Positions 18,026 through 26,739 of a DNA stretch of 64,000 bases are shown one piece after another. Position 1 is the stretch's first letter. Each line of letters begins with the position of its first letter. The stretch spans positions 888 through 64,887 of the forward strand of contig DAOPQD010000007.1 in the NCBI GenBank assembly GCA_035347995.1. Direction: 5' to 3'. The notes under the pieces are model-generated. The model saw nothing but the letters and a program-made list of their open reading frames with translations, was not told where the DNA came from and ran no database searches. Both the position numbers and the translations under genes were made by a program. This DNA is from Anaerolineae bacterium. Its GTDB lineage: Bacteria > Chloroflexota > Anaerolineae > B4-G1 > SLSP01.

Positions 18026-18783
18026 AGCATAAAGAGCCGCAAGATCAAGAGCGCACCCTCCTCGAACATGTCACCGAATTGCGCGTGCGCCTGCTGCGGA
18101 GCCTCGCGGCGCTGGGAATCGGCAGTATCCTCGGCTCGTTCTTCGCCAATCAAGCCATCGCGATCCTCACCGCGCCCGTAGGGGACATGGAGCTCATCGC
18201 GGTCAGCCCCACCGCGCCACCGATCATCTTCTTCAAGGTCACGTTGCTGCTGGGATTGCTGATCACGCTGCCTTACATCCTCTATCAGCTCTACGCTTTC
18301 GTCGCGCCGGGATTGTTCCCCCACGAACGCAAATTCCTGTTGCAGAGCGTGCCGGGCGTGATCCTCCTGTTCATGCTGGGCGTCGCCTTCACCTTGCTGG
18401 TGCTGATCCCCTTCAGCATCCCCGTGCTGACGGGCTTCCTGAGTGACGTCGTGACCCCCACCTACACGCTGGAAGATTACCTGTCGTTCGTCACCACGCT
18501 GTTGTTGTGGATGGGCTTGCTGTTCCAGACGCCGCTGGTGATGTACACCCTCGCGCGGTTGGACATCGTCCAACCCGCCAGGCTCAAGCAGCTCCGCAAG
18601 CTCGTCATTTTCCTGGCAGCGGTCCTCGCGGCGGTCATCACGCCCACGACGGACCCCTTCACCATGCTGCTGGTGACCGGACCCTTCATCATCCTCTATG
18701 AGCTGGGCCTCCTGCTGGCCAGATTGGCACTGCGGCAACGGCGGACAGCGTCGTCAACGGCGGCGGGAGCGTCCGGCGATTGA
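18022..18783 (+). CDS. tatC: twin-arginine translocase subunit TatC
   Basis: 253 aa and 6 TM. LLEHVTELRVRLLRS near the N-terminus is the TatC signature. Confidence 0.85.
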   Translation: MKHKEPQDQERTLLEHVTELRVRLLRSLAALGIGSILGSFFANQAIAILTAPVGDMELIAVSPTAPPIIFFKVTLLLGLLITLPYILYQLYAFVAPGLFPHERKFLLQSVPGVILLFMLGVAFTLLVLIPFSIPVLTGFLSDVVTPTYTLEDYLSFVTTLLLWMGLLFQTPLVMYTLARLDIVQPARLKQLRKLVIFLAAVLAAVITPTTDPFTMLLVTGPFIILYELGLLLARLALRQRRTASSTAAGASGD

Positions 18784-18798
18784 CCCTCAGGCTAACGC

Positions 18799-18835
18799 AA
18801 AAAAACGTCGCCCTCTGATCTCTCAGAGGGCGACG
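18799..18835 (-). terminator. intrinsic terminator after tupA (hairpin also closes tatC)
   Basis: CGTCGCCCTCTGA-TCTC-TCAGAGGGCGACG, a 13-bp stem. On the minus strand it is followed by T7. Confidence 0.7.
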
Positions 18836-18857
18836 TGAAGCGGCTCCCGCGTCGCGA

Positions 18858-19697
18858 TTACTTCACGGCATCGGGGAAGAAGAGCGGCAAACCGCTCTTG
18901 GGTTCCGTGAAGGCAGCGATCTTCGCCTGCGTCTCCGGCGAGGTGATCCACTCGGTGAACTTCTGCGCGCCCTCGTAATTGATGTCCGGGTACTTCTCCG
19001 GGTTGACGGCGATGACGTGATAGGGGTTGAAGAGTTGCGCATCGCCCTCCACCAGAATCGGCAGGGCGTAGCCTTCAGCCGTGCGCGCCAGATAGGTGCC
19101 CCGGTCGGTGAGCGTGTAGGCGTTCATCTCCTGCGCCATGTCCAGGACGGCTCCCATCCCCTGACCGGCAGAGACATACCAGCTGCCCTCAGGCGTGACC
19201 CCGACCTTGGCCCAGATGCTCTTTTCCTTAGCATGGGTGCCCGAGTCGTCGCCGCGCGAGATAAAGGACGATTGCGTCTCCATGATCTTGCGGAAGGCCT
19301 CTACCGCGTCGGTCATGCCCTTGATGCCCGCCGGGTCTGCAGCAGGACCCACGATAACGTAATCATTGTGCATCACCGCGGTGCGATCGACGCCAAAGCC
19401 ATCTGCCACAAAGGTTTCCTCCGCCGCCGGGGAGTGCACCAGCAACACATCGGCGTCCCCGTTTTTGCCGGTCTCCATGGCCTGCCCGCTGCCCACAGCA
19501 ATGACCTGCACCTCAATGCCGGTCTGCTCCTTGAAATCCGGCAGCAGGTAATCCAGCAACCCGGAATCCTGGGTGCTCGTCGTTGTCGCCAGGATCAGGC
19601 GCCGGGGTGGCTCGGCGGTCGGGCTGGCGCACGCCGCCAACAACATCACCCATACCAAACACAACCAGGCCTTTTTCACAGAAAACCAACGTGTCAT
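18858..19697 (-). CDS. tupA: tungstate ABC transporter substrate-binding protein
   Basis: Lipoprotein signal (LLAACAS) and the ILATTTSTQDSGLLDYL motif (TTTS signature of TupA-type binders). Confidence 0.75.
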   Translation of the reverse strand: MTRWFSVKKAWLCLVWVMLLAACASPTAEPPRRLILATTTSTQDSGLLDYLLPDFKEQTGIEVQVIAVGSGQAMETGKNGDADVLLVHSPAAEETFVADGFGVDRTAVMHNDYVIVGPAADPAGIKGMTDAVEAFRKIMETQSSFISRGDDSGTHAKEKSIWAKVGVTPEGSWYVSAGQGMGAVLDMAQEMNAYTLTDRGTYLARTAEGYALPILVEGDAQLFNPYHVIAVNPEKYPDINYEGAQKFTEWITSPETQAKIAAFTEPKSGLPLFFPDAVK

Positions 19698-19827
19698 GCA
19701 TTACCTCCTGAAAAGTGATAAGGTGAAACGGCGGGATACGCAATATGTGCGGCACGACGCAACATGCCATGCGGGTCGCGCCGCACCCATTACCCATCCC
19801 AGCGGATCCCGCAGGACTCCTGCCGCC

Positions 19828-20556
19828 TCAGCACACCATCTCCCCGCGCACAAAGGCGCGTGTGCGCGCATCGGCCGGCGCCTCGAAAAAGGCCTGCGTG
19901 TCCGCCAGTTCCACAATCTGGCCGTTGAGCAGAAAAGCCACGCGATGCGCCATTCGCCGCGCCTGGAAAATGTTGTGCGTCACGATGACGACCGTTGTGC
20001 CGCGCTGCTGGTTCATGTCCGTCACCACGCGCTCGATGAGGCCGACGTTGTAGGGATCGAGGTTCGCGGTCGGCTCGTCGAGCAGCAAAACTTGGGGACG
20101 AATGATCAACGCGCGGGCGAGTGCCACACGCTGCGCCTCGCCGCCGGAAAGGGTACGCGCCCTGGCGCGCGCCAGCTCCTTCAGCCCCAACAGCTCCAAC
20201 GTCGCGGTGAGGTCTGCCCTGCCATCGCGGGCTCCGCGCAGGCGCAGGCCGTAAGTCACATTTTTGGTCACGGTGGTTGAGAGCAACGCCGGACGTTGAA
20301 ACACCGTCGTGACCTGCCGCCGCAACGCCAGCGGCGCTTCGCCTCGCGGCAGGGATTGCCCCTGGAAAACGAGGGTCCCGGCGTCCGGCTGTTCCAGGAA
20401 ATTCAACAGCCGCAACAGCGTGGATTTTCCGGCGCCGCTGGGTCCTACCAGCGCCAGCATCTCTCCGGCATAGATGTCGAGCGCGCTGATGTCCAGCACA
20501 GTCCGCCCGGCGTAAACTTTGCGCACGCCATGAAGGGTGTACATGGCTTCACTCAT
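19828..20556 (-). CDS. tupC: ABC transporter ATP-binding protein (tungstate, TupC-like)
   Basis: Start ATG 20556 (MSEAMYTLHG). Walker A GPSGAGKST, signature LSGGEAQR and Walker B LLLDEP are present. The 493-aa track ORF is read-through into the permease gene in another frame. Confidence 0.8.
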   Translation of the reverse strand: MSEAMYTLHGVRKVYAGRTVLDISALDIYAGEMLALVGPSGAGKSTLLRLLNFLEQPDAGTLVFQGQSLPRGEAPLALRRQVTTVFQRPALLSTTVTKNVTYGLRLRGARDGRADLTATLELLGLKELARARARTLSGGEAQRVALARALIIRPQVLLLDEPTANLDPYNVGLIERVVTDMNQQRGTTVVIVTHNIFQARRMAHRVAFLLNGQIVELADTQAFFEAPADARTRAFVRGEMVC

Positions 20557-21281
20557 ACGTGCTGCCCCTGCAATTGTGACACCACCAGATTCACCAGGAA
20601 TGAGAGCAACAACAGCACCATGCCCAGGCCGAGCGCCAGGTCGAAGTTGCCGCGTCGCGTCTCCAGCATGATGGCGGTGGTAAGGACGCGCGTGTATCCC
20701 TCGATGTTGCCGCCCACCATCATCACCGCGCCCACCTCGGAGATGACGCTGCCCAGACCGCCCACCAACGCCACCAACACCCCCAGCCGCGCCTCCTGGA
20801 CCACGGCCTCCGCGACCTGCAGGCGGGTCGCTCCCAGCGCCTGCAGCTGCCGTCCCAGGTCGGGATCCACGCCCGCCACTGCCGCCATGGTAAAGCCCAC
20901 CACCAGCGGCGTCGCGATGATGATCTGCGCCCAGATCATCGCCTGGGGAGTGAAGAGCTCCGGAATGCCGGGGAGATTCAACGGCGCGAGGATGCCGTTC
21001 CGTGAGAGCAACAGGTAGACGAACAGGCCCACAACCACCGGCGGCAGGCCCATTCCCGTGTAAACGAGCACCTGGAACAGACGTTTGCCAGGGAAGTGCA
21101 ACAGCCCCAATAGCACACCGCAGGGAACACCGATCACCGCGCTGACCAGAACGGCGATGCCGCTCACCTGCGCCGTGCAGGCAATGACTTCCCAGACGAC
21201 CGGGTCGCCGGTAAGAAGTAGCCGCAGTCCCTGTACCAGACCTGACCAAAGGACGTCCACGCGATCGCTCCCGACGTTCAA
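20553..21281 (-). CDS. tupB: ABC transporter permease (tungstate, TupB-like)
   Basis: Multi-TM protein with an ATGA overlap to tupC. The true start may be GTG 21260, which follows GGGAG, because a plausible promoter (TTGCTA-16-TATCAT, 21296-21323) lies very close to 21281. Confidence 0.75.
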   Translation of the reverse strand: MNVGSDRVDVLWSGLVQGLRLLLTGDPVVWEVIACTAQVSGIAVLVSAVIGVPCGVLLGLLHFPGKRLFQVLVYTGMGLPPVVVGLFVYLLLSRNGILAPLNLPGIPELFTPQAMIWAQIIIATPLVVGFTMAAVAGVDPDLGRQLQALGATRLQVAEAVVQEARLGVLVALVGGLGSVISEVGAVMMVGGNIEGYTRVLTTAIMLETRRGNFDLALGLGMVLLLLSFLVNLVVSQLQGQHV

Positions 21282-21356
21282 GTGATAGCGCTAAAATGAT
21301 ACCATACAACTGAACATTAGCAAGGTTCCGGCCTCCCTTTCCCCCTGGGCAGACAC

Positions 21357-21390
21357 AAAAAAGCCCGCCGCAGGCAACCCCACGGCGGGC
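21357..21390 (-). terminator. intrinsic terminator after the TPR gene
   Basis: GCCCGCCG-N12-CGGCGGGC followed by T6 on the minus strand, 19 nt after the stop at 21409. Confidence 0.7.
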
Positions 21391-21408
21391 GAACAGGCGT
21401 ACGCGCGT

Positions 21409-23994
21409 TCAAGCGGCAGGCGTGAGGCCCAGCCTCTGGCGGCAGAATTCCAGGTGATCCTGAGTCAGCAGAGCTTCGTCCGCAAGGGACACGGCGCGTT
21501 CCAGGTGCGGCAACGCCTCGGCAAACAGGCCACGTTTGCAATAGGTCCAGCCCAGCGTGTCCAAAGCGGGCGCCAAAAGGCCGACGTCCTCCAGCTGCGA
21601 GGCCAACCGCACGGCGCGTTCCGCCAGCGCGGTGGCCTCTTCAAGACGTGCGCCCATGGTATCCGCATAGAGCCAGGCAAGGGCGTTGTAAGGTTCAGGG
21701 CGATCAGGCGCCAGCTGCAGAGCGTGCTCGAAATCCGCGATGGCCTGGTCGAAGGCCAGCAAGGCGGCATAGGTGTCGCCACGATCCAGATAGGCCTGAA
21801 AGCTCTCCGGGTCGGCGAGCCCGGCGACGTGCGCGGCGGCCGCTTCCTCCTCACGTCCCAGACGCTGCAGGGCGGCGCTCCGCACCTGCTGGACCCAGAG
21901 CAATGAGGGGTCTTGAACCAGCGCACGTTCTGCATGTTCCAAAGCCGCCGCGTCGTTCCCCAATAGATAATTCACCCCCGCCAGCTGCCCCCGGCCCCAG
22001 GCGTAGCCAGGGTCAAGTTCGAGCGCCTGCAGCAATGAGGACGCCGCGCAAGCATAGGCGCCGAGTTGCCGGAGCGCCAGCCCTTTCTCCCCATGCAGCC
22101 AGGCCAGTTGCGACTCACGCTCCAGCGCGCGCTCCAGCGCCTGGACGGCCTCAGCATAGCGACGCGCCTGCCGTAACACCACCCCCTTCCAGGCCCAGGC
22201 CCAGACATACTGCGGCGAGAGCGCCAACGCCCGATCGAAGGTCAAAAGCGCACTGCGCTGCCGCTCTAAAGCGGAATAGGTCGCCCCCAGGGATCCCAAG
22301 GCCCAGAAATCGGAGCCGTTCAGCGCCACCGCACGTTCCAGAAGGACCAACGCTTCCGCATGTTGCCCCAAGAAGCGGAGGGTCTCACCATAGCGCGCCA
22401 AGGCCCACTGATACTCGGGCGCGCTTTCCACCGCCCGGCGGAAAGCCTCGACCGCTTCGCGGTGTCGTCCCGCCATGCGCAAGGCTTCTCCCAACTCCCC
22501 ATAAGTGCGCGGTTGCGCCGCATTGTTCGCCAGCTCGAGATCTACCGTCGCCTGCAGAGCAGTGATGGCTTCCTCAAAGCGTCCCAGCAAGCGCAGGCAG
22601 GCGCCGCGATAATACCCCGCCTCGGCATTGCCGATGTCGTGTTGCAACACCGCATCGAAAGCAGCCAGCGCTTCCGCATACTGATCCAAGTTGTACCACG
22701 CCACACCCTGGAAATAATGCAGGAACGGGACATCCGGATTCAGCGTCAGCGCATACTCCAAAACGGGCAGCGCTTCGGCGTAGCGCTCTGACCCCACGAG
22801 CAGCATCCCGAGCTGTGCATGGGCGTAGAAATACTCGGGCTCCAGGGAAATCGCCGTGCGAAACGCCTCCAGCGCCTCTTCAGTCCGACCCAGGTCACTC
22901 AACACGGCACCGCGTTCCGCGTGGGTCCAGGGTGAGTCCGGCTCCTGCGCCAGGACTTCATCCAGCAATTGCAGGGCCGCGTCATAACATTCGAGATGCC
23001 GTAGAATCGCCCCCTTCTGCGCTTTGGCCGCCGACCACTCCGGTTGCAGCTCCAGCGCTTGATTGATGGCGCCCAACGCCAGATCAAACTGCTCGCTCTC
23101 ATGGTACGCCTGCGCCAGGCGATAATGCACCTCTGCCGAGGGCGCCAACGCCAGGGCCTGTTTCAAGGCCTCGATCGCCTCTGCATAGCGATCCTGGGCA
23201 TAGAGCGCCAGTCCCCGCAATAGATGCGCCGCGCCGGCATTGGGATCCAGTTGGTAGATCGCGCGCTCGGCAATCGCCTGCGCCTCCTGAAGCTGACCCC
23301 GCTCCAGCAACTGACGCGCTGTTTCGACAAAAGCTCCCACCGCCAGGGCGGATTCCCCCGCCGTCTGATAGGTCACCCCTAGTTCGAAGGTATACTGCGG
23401 ATCCGCGGTCAACGCTGCCAGCAGCCGCAGCACGGACAGGCTCCCCTGGAGGTCGCCGACCCGTCGCAGCAGCGTCCCCTTCCCCAACAGAGCCTCGCGG
23501 TCCTCTGGATCGAGCGCCAGCGCCCGGTCAAACTCACGCAACGCCTCCTCGTAATTCCCCAGGCGCGCATAAATCAGGCCCAGACCACTGTGGAAAGGAG
23601 CCCACTCCTCCCGCAAGCCTACCCCCTCCAAAAACACGCCAAGGCTTTCAGCAGTCTTGTTCTGATTGTAGAGCGCCCAGCCCAGGGACTCCAGCGTCTC
23701 CACATCGGCGGGATTAAGAGCCAACATGCGCCGCAAGACCGCTTCAGCCGCGGCGTGATCGTGCCGACGGGGCAACTCCGCCGCCAGCTGACGGTAGATG
23801 TCGCAGGCCGCATCGAATTTTTCGAGCGCCTCATACGTGCGTCCCAACGCTTCGCACACCTCTGCATAGGGAAAATCAGCGTCGCGGTCTTCTGCCAGGG
23901 CCTGCTGCAACGCGCTTTCAGCCTCTGCGTAACGCGCCGCTGCCGCCAGCGCCAGTCCGAGATCAGCAAACAGCGTCCCGATAGATTGTGTCAT
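21409..23994 (-). CDS. tetratricopeptide repeat protein (861 aa, TPR throughout); gene D of the four-gene operon
   Basis: The pattern A..Y.LG.AL...G.Y.EA...F..AL.L.P recurs more than 20 times. Start ATG 23994 is preceded by AAGGAGGG and forms an ATGA overlap with the upstream gene's stop. Confidence 0.85.
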   Translation of the reverse strand: MTQSIGTLFADLGLALAAAARYAEAESALQQALAEDRDADFPYAEVCEALGRTYEALEKFDAACDIYRQLAAELPRRHDHAAAEAVLRRMLALNPADVETLESLGWALYNQNKTAESLGVFLEGVGLREEWAPFHSGLGLIYARLGNYEEALREFDRALALDPEDREALLGKGTLLRRVGDLQGSLSVLRLLAALTADPQYTFELGVTYQTAGESALAVGAFVETARQLLERGQLQEAQAIAERAIYQLDPNAGAAHLLRGLALYAQDRYAEAIEALKQALALAPSAEVHYRLAQAYHESEQFDLALGAINQALELQPEWSAAKAQKGAILRHLECYDAALQLLDEVLAQEPDSPWTHAERGAVLSDLGRTEEALEAFRTAISLEPEYFYAHAQLGMLLVGSERYAEALPVLEYALTLNPDVPFLHYFQGVAWYNLDQYAEALAAFDAVLQHDIGNAEAGYYRGACLRLLGRFEEAITALQATVDLELANNAAQPRTYGELGEALRMAGRHREAVEAFRRAVESAPEYQWALARYGETLRFLGQHAEALVLLERAVALNGSDFWALGSLGATYSALERQRSALLTFDRALALSPQYVWAWAWKGVVLRQARRYAEAVQALERALERESQLAWLHGEKGLALRQLGAYACAASSLLQALELDPGYAWGRGQLAGVNYLLGNDAAALEHAERALVQDPSLLWVQQVRSAALQRLGREEEAAAAHVAGLADPESFQAYLDRGDTYAALLAFDQAIADFEHALQLAPDRPEPYNALAWLYADTMGARLEEATALAERAVRLASQLEDVGLLAPALDTLGWTYCKRGLFAEALPHLERAVSLADEALLTQDHLEFCRQRLGLTPAA

Positions 23995-24995
23995 AAGTCG
24001 TCCCTCCTTGCGTTCCACGCCGGCGCCGCCTCATACGCCTGCTGCCAGGCCTCCGGCGGGAACTGCGCTCCCAGCCGATAAGATTGCTCCAGGCCCTCAT
24101 AGAGTTCGCGGGCCAGCCGCCGCGCCTGGAGGCGATGGAAGGTCGCCACGGCGTCCGGCTGGACGCCGCAGGCAGCCACGGCCTGAGTCCAGAGATCCTT
24201 GAGGCGCGCTATCGCCGGCGCATACGGCCCCAAAGCGTAGACGTCCGCCTGCGCCGCCGAATTCATCCGCTCCAACACGGTGAGCAAAACCTCGAACCGC
24301 TCGGCGTGGGTGGGATGGCGACCGCGCCGCAGCAAAGCTTCCGCCGGATTGAGATGCAGCGGCGTCATATCGAAAGCGAACGCCGGCCCCTGGCAGTAAA
24401 GCGCGAAAGCATCCGCAAAGAATTCGTGCAGGTGCGCGCTGCGCTGGCTCACGTAGGACTCCCGCTGCTGCCGGGTCCAGCTTTCGGCCTTGGGATGCCC
24501 TTCGACCAGGGTCAGCACCTGCCGTGCCAGGAATTCCAGGAAGGCGGGCGTGTTCAAAGCCGCCACGTGTCCAAATTCATGCGCCATGAGCGGGAGATTC
24601 CAGATCTCAGCATCGGGGAAATGCCACAGGTGCAGCCGTTGCCGCTGCAACAGCAGCTGCCGGTCGTCCCGCGCGCCCAGGTCACTGGCCTCTGGCCGGG
24701 CCATCGCCAGCGAGCTCACCTCCGGCAGCCAGAGCGCCGCTTCCGCCGCATCGCAAGCGCCCGCCCCGAGGTCAAACCGCGCGACGAGGGCGGCTTCACG
24801 CGCGGCGACGAAGGCCTCGAGCGCCGCACTGCGCCCGCGTTTGGCGATCCAGAAGCCGTAAGCATGCGCCAGGAGGGGCAGATACCACACGTCCCAGCGG
24901 GGGAGCGGCAGGCGGACGAGAACATCGTCGGCCCCCTCTTCCACCGCCAGCGCCTCCGGGAGATCTTCAGCCGTCCGCCGGCCCAGGATCACCAC
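23991..24995 (-). CDS. putative zinc metallopeptidase (HEFGH ... EFFAD, gluzincin-like); gene C of the operon
   Basis: 334 aa with no signal peptide. WNLPLMAHEFGHVAA is followed 48 aa later by HEFFADAFA (ExxxD-type third ligand motif). The N-terminal half has a degenerate copy, WYLPLLAHAYGFWIA. Confidence 0.55.
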   Translation of the reverse strand: MVILGRRTAEDLPEALAVEEGADDVLVRLPLPRWDVWYLPLLAHAYGFWIAKRGRSAALEAFVAAREAALVARFDLGAGACDAAEAALWLPEVSSLAMARPEASDLGARDDRQLLLQRQRLHLWHFPDAEIWNLPLMAHEFGHVAALNTPAFLEFLARQVLTLVEGHPKAESWTRQQRESYVSQRSAHLHEFFADAFALYCQGPAFAFDMTPLHLNPAEALLRRGRHPTHAERFEVLLTVLERMNSAAQADVYALGPYAPAIARLKDLWTQAVAACGVQPDAVATFHRLQARRLARELYEGLEQSYRLGAQFPPEAWQQAYEAAPAWNARRDDL

Positions 24996-25357
24996 GGGGG
25001 ACTAGGGGGGACGCCCGCTTCCTGGATCAGCCCTTCGATGAAACGCTGGGCGTGATCGGCGAGGGCCTGCGCCGGCGGCAGCTCGCGGAGGGCCACGCCG
25101 CCCAGGAATTCCAACGCTTCTTCAAACAACGCCTGCGCGCGCAGTTCCAGAGTGGCGAAAGCGGCCCACGCCTCTGCCACGTTGCCGGCAGCGGCCTGCG
25201 CCTCGAGCGCCGCGAGGTCGTGCAGGAGCGGGCTGACGGCGCGCTTGAAGTGTCCGCTGAGCAATCTGCCGTAAGGGGCCGGCAGCTGTGGAGCGTCCAC
25301 CACCCGCAGCAGACTCTCAAAATCGGCCCGCAGTTGGGCGAGCTGCGCCGCGAGCAT
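24989..25357 (-). CDS. hypothetical small helical protein; gene B of the operon
   Basis: 122 aa, Ala/Leu/Glu-rich, with no motif I recognise. It starts 8 nt after gene A's stop and overlaps the gene C start by 7 nt (GTGGTGA). Confidence 0.5.
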   Translation of the reverse strand: MLAAQLAQLRADFESLLRVVDAPQLPAPYGRLLSGHFKRAVSPLLHDLAALEAQAAAGNVAEAWAAFATLELRAQALFEEALEFLGGVALRELPPAQALADHAQRFIEGLIQEAGVPPSPPW

Positions 25358-25365
25358 GCCGTCTC

Positions 25366-26520
25366 TCAGGCCAGGGCAGCCCTGGAAATCTGCACGACCC
25401 CCGGCACAAAGGTGATCAACGTGGTCGTATCGGCGTGATCCATCGCGTTGAGCAGGGTGAAGTCCATGGCGACCAGGTAGAAAGTGCCAAAGAGCAGCAC
25501 CGCCGTGGCCTCGGGGAGCAGCTTCCCCACGAATTTCTTGCCGGTGTTCAACGCCTTGACGAGGCGTCCCATCATCGCCGCCTGCCCGGTGAAGTGCGCT
25601 TGAAGCGCCAGCAGTTTTTGCACACCGCTGTCAATGGCGGCGCCATCCGCCGTCGTTTGGGCCAGCAGCTCCCGAATCGTCTGAGTCGAAGGGGTAACGC
25701 CCAGGCTGTAGGCCAGGAACTGATCCACAAGATTGCCGCCCTCTTTGAGCGTCTTGAGAAGTTCCTCCGCCTTCTTCTGCAGCTCCGGGACGAGGTCTTT
25801 TCCCAGCAGCTCCGTGAGCGCGTCCATCGCTTTCACCGCCAGTGCCAATCCCTTAGACACCAGCTTGCCCAGGCCCGGCAGCGCGCCCGCCTGTTTGCCG
25901 ATCATGCCGATCGCCTCTCCCAACAGCTTATCGTCGAGGTCGTCCACGCCGGTCAGCGCGGCGGTCAGCACTTTCTTCGTCTCCTCTTGCAGCGCCTTGA
26001 AGACCGCCTCAAGTTGCTTCTCAAAGGCCGCCTTTGCCGTCGGCGCGTCAGGGACCGCAGCGGCTTTGGCAGGTGCGGGGACCTCGTCGAGGCCAAAACG
26101 CCGCAGGGTGTCCGGCGCCGCCAGCTCCGGCCCGGCGACCGCCTGCGTCACCTGCTGCAAGTCCCTGGAGACGGCCTCGAGCTCCTCTGGCGTCGCCGCT
26201 TCTGGCGTCTCGCCTACGGCGCCGCCGGCGACGAACAACGCCGCGGCGACCTCCATATCGGCGACAACGCCGGCAAGGATCTCCGCCGCGACTCGCTCAC
26301 GCTCGGGGGTAGCCGCCTGGCCCTTGACCAGCGCCTCGTCGAACGCCGCGCGCCGCGAGCCGGCAACCTGGTGCTCGTAGCGCTCCGCCGCCCGCGCCAG
26401 CTGTTCGCTCGCGTAGAGAGCGTCATCCGTGCCCAGCGAACCGCGCAGCATGTCGAATGCTGCGGTCACGCCGCGCAAACCACCCGCCAAATCCGCCCTG
26501 AATTCGCCGTACCCCGTCAT
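25366..26520 (-). CDS. hypothetical helical protein with hydrophobic C-terminal segment; gene A of the operon
   Basis: Start ATG 26520 (MTGYGEF) is preceded by AAGGAG. 384 aa, rich in Ala/Leu/Lys/Glu amphipathic stretches, with a hydrophobic segment LLPEATAVLLFGTFYLVAMDFTLL near the C-terminus. I recognise no family. Confidence 0.55.
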   Translation of the reverse strand: MTGYGEFRADLAGGLRGVTAAFDMLRGSLGTDDALYASEQLARAAERYEHQVAGSRRAAFDEALVKGQAATPERERVAAEILAGVVADMEVAAALFVAGGAVGETPEAATPEELEAVSRDLQQVTQAVAGPELAAPDTLRRFGLDEVPAPAKAAAVPDAPTAKAAFEKQLEAVFKALQEETKKVLTAALTGVDDLDDKLLGEAIGMIGKQAGALPGLGKLVSKGLALAVKAMDALTELLGKDLVPELQKKAEELLKTLKEGGNLVDQFLAYSLGVTPSTQTIRELLAQTTADGAAIDSGVQKLLALQAHFTGQAAMMGRLVKALNTGKKFVGKLLPEATAVLLFGTFYLVAMDFTLLNAMDHADTTTLITFVPGVVQISRAALA

Positions 26521-26687
26521 GGTTTTCTCCTTATCTTCAGTGAACAATGGACCGAAAGCAGAGAGCAACGCCTCGATATGATTGGGGGGACATCTCCTCC
26601 CAGCGGTCAAATCGCTCGGGGAGTCACACGCACGATGCCACAGTCGCAAACTATGGCGCCCTTGCCGCATTGATTTCATTGTATAAG

Positions 26688-26718
26688 CAAAACCCCTCGG
26701 CGTCAATGGGCCGAGGGG
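26688..26718 (-). terminator. intrinsic terminator after glmS
   Basis: CCCCTCGGC-N8-GCCGAGGGG followed by TTTTGCTT on the minus strand, 20 nt after the glmS stop. Confidence 0.65.
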
Positions 26719-26739
26719 TCGAGCGAGAAAGTCTGCACC

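Noticed and set aside
19698-19827. Molybdenum/tungsten cofactor (Moco) riboswitch in the 130-nt gap upstream of tupA
   Set aside because: I could not recognise the conserved Moco motif elements by eye. Without a covariance-model scan the call is unsupported. An Rfam Moco scan of 19698-19827 (minus strand) and 21282-21356 would settle it.
19828-21309. 493-aa ORF spanning tupC and most of tupB; similar N-terminal over-extensions occur at 1767-2891, 4900-6435, 26740-28788, 29055-30602 and 62053-63537
   Set aside because: The recognisable protein begins at an internal ATG or GTG with a good RBS (20556, 2669, 6222, 28581, 30518, 63432). The upstream extensions are compositionally aberrant, or run through another gene, a ribozyme or a repeat array.
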